A DNA stretch of 64,000 nucleotides from the NCBI RefSeq assembly GCF_001194135.2, contig NC_068985.1, positions 33,326,232-33,390,231 on the forward strand. The letters are read 5' to 3'. Below the pieces are notes generated by a model. It saw only the letters and a list, made by a program, of their open reading frames with translations, was not told the DNA's origin and did no database searches. Position numbers and translations under genes: made by a program. Positions within the stretch are counted from its first letter, which is position 1. Each line of letters starts with the position of its first letter. Below, piece by piece: positions 62,590-64,000 of the stretch. The DNA is from Octopus bimaculoides. Its lineage: Eukaryota.

Positions 62590-63117
62590 CCTTTCTAATA
62601 AAGGCACAAGGCCTAAAATTTTGGGGGAGAGGACTAGTCAGTTACATTGACCCCAATGTTTCACTGGTACTTAATTTATTGACTCCGAAAGGATGAAAGG
62701 CAAAGTTGACCTTGGCAGAATGTGAACTCAGAATGTAGTGACATGCAAAATAGCACTAAGCGTGTTAATGATTCTGCCAGCTTACCACCTTCGTAATAAT
62801 AATATTTTTTAATTATGCGCCCTTTTAAAGCCTAACCAGGCTCATGGGCACGGTTTCCCGGTTTCTATGGCGTATGTCTCCTCCCCCAACTGGACGGGAC
62901 GCCAGTCCATCACAGCCTTACTCAAGAAACAAGAAGAAAGGGTGAGAGAAAGTTGGGGCGAAAGAATACAAGAGGGGTCACCACCACCCTCTGCCAGAGC
63001 CTGGTGGAGCTTTAGGTGTTTTCGTTCAATAAACACACACAACGCCTGGTCTGGGAATTGAAACCGCGGTCCTCCGACCGTGAGTCCACTGCCCTAACCA
63101 CTGGGTCATTGTGCCTC

Positions 63118-63167
<50 letters not shown>

Positions 63168-63860
63168 TAATAATAATAATCCTTTCTACAATAGGCACAA
63201 GACCTGAAATTTTGGGGGAGGGGACTAATCAATTACATTGACCCCAGTGTTTCACTGGTACTTAATTTCTTGACCCTGAAAGAACTTGGCAGAATTTGAA
63301 CTCCGAACATAAGAGTGGATGAAATGCTGCCAAGTATTTCACCTGGTGTGCTAGTGATTCTGCCAGCTTGCCAATAATATTCTTTTGCTATAGGCACAAG
63401 GCCTGGAATTTTAGGAGAGGGGACTAGTCGATTACATCAACCCCTGTACTTGACTGTATTTAATTTATCAAGCCCAAAAGGATGGAAGGTAAAGTCATCC
63501 TTGGCAGAATTTGAACTCAGAATGTGAAGACAGAGGAAATGCCATCCCGGTGTGGTAACAATTCTGCCAGCTCAGTGCCTTAACAACAACAACGACGACG
63601 ACGACGACAACAACAACAACAACAACAAGAAGAAAAAGAAGAAGAGTAGTAATAATAATAAGACCTGGAATTTTTGGGGAAGATAATTGATTACATCAAC
63701 CCCAGTGTTTGTCTGATACTTACTCCAGTGACTCTAAAGAAATGAAAGGCTAAATCAACTTTAGTGGAATTTGAATTCAGAACGTAAAGACAGATGAAAT
63801 GCTGCTAAGCATTTTATCTTTTTATCTGTTGTAAGAACAAGTCAGCCAGCTCACCATCTC

Positions 63861-63905
<45 letters not shown>
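62195..63905 (-). mobile_element. Cluster of about six same-orientation SINEs separated by (AAT)n/(AAC)n, plus a different SINE at 62805-63120
   Basis: Repeated ggcacaaggcctgaaatttt...actggtactta...ggcagaatttgaactc...attctgccagct units. Confidence 0.85.
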
Positions 63906-63906
<1 letters not shown>

Positions 63907-64000
63907 GAAAGTCTTGCACAGAAAGAGTACAAGCGTAGACATGACAAGGTAGCCCAAAACCTCCACTGGCTACTATACCGTAAGTATGGATATGAGGTTA

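Noticed and set aside
63060-63120. tRNA-like sequence with A and B boxes (also 13882+, 22100-22165, 43890+)
   Set aside because: SINE heads: no complete cloverleaf, followed by SINE bodies.

Overview
AT-rich, repeat-dense animal genomic DNA with assembly gaps. The SINE, RTE-tail and microsatellite landscape looks octopus-like (inference from repeat families). Two protein genes are well supported. UBR7 (+ strand, 11 coding exons, 1635-15486, 407 aa) was reconstructed by hand with every intron GT-AG and in phase. A convergent intronless RING + TRAF/SIAH-type zinc-finger gene (- strand, 18883-20022, 379 aa) has an unusually long RING insertion and an unrecognised C-terminal domain. The CpG-rich stretch 21-40 kb is a transposon graveyard: a near full-length RTE LINE, LTR-like pieces, and a Helentron-type non-autonomous element inserted into a tandem array and itself carrying a Chapaev3-like DNA transposon (TIRs and TAA TSD intact) plus a CR1 fragment, followed by a Tx1/L1 fragment. 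From about 40 kb to the end the DNA is CpG-depleted like the UBR7 gene body, suggesting an unidentified host gene. This part holds RLE-type, CR1, RTE, Tigger and mariner relics, many SINEs and microsatellites. Most long ORFs in the supplied track are repeat artefacts.
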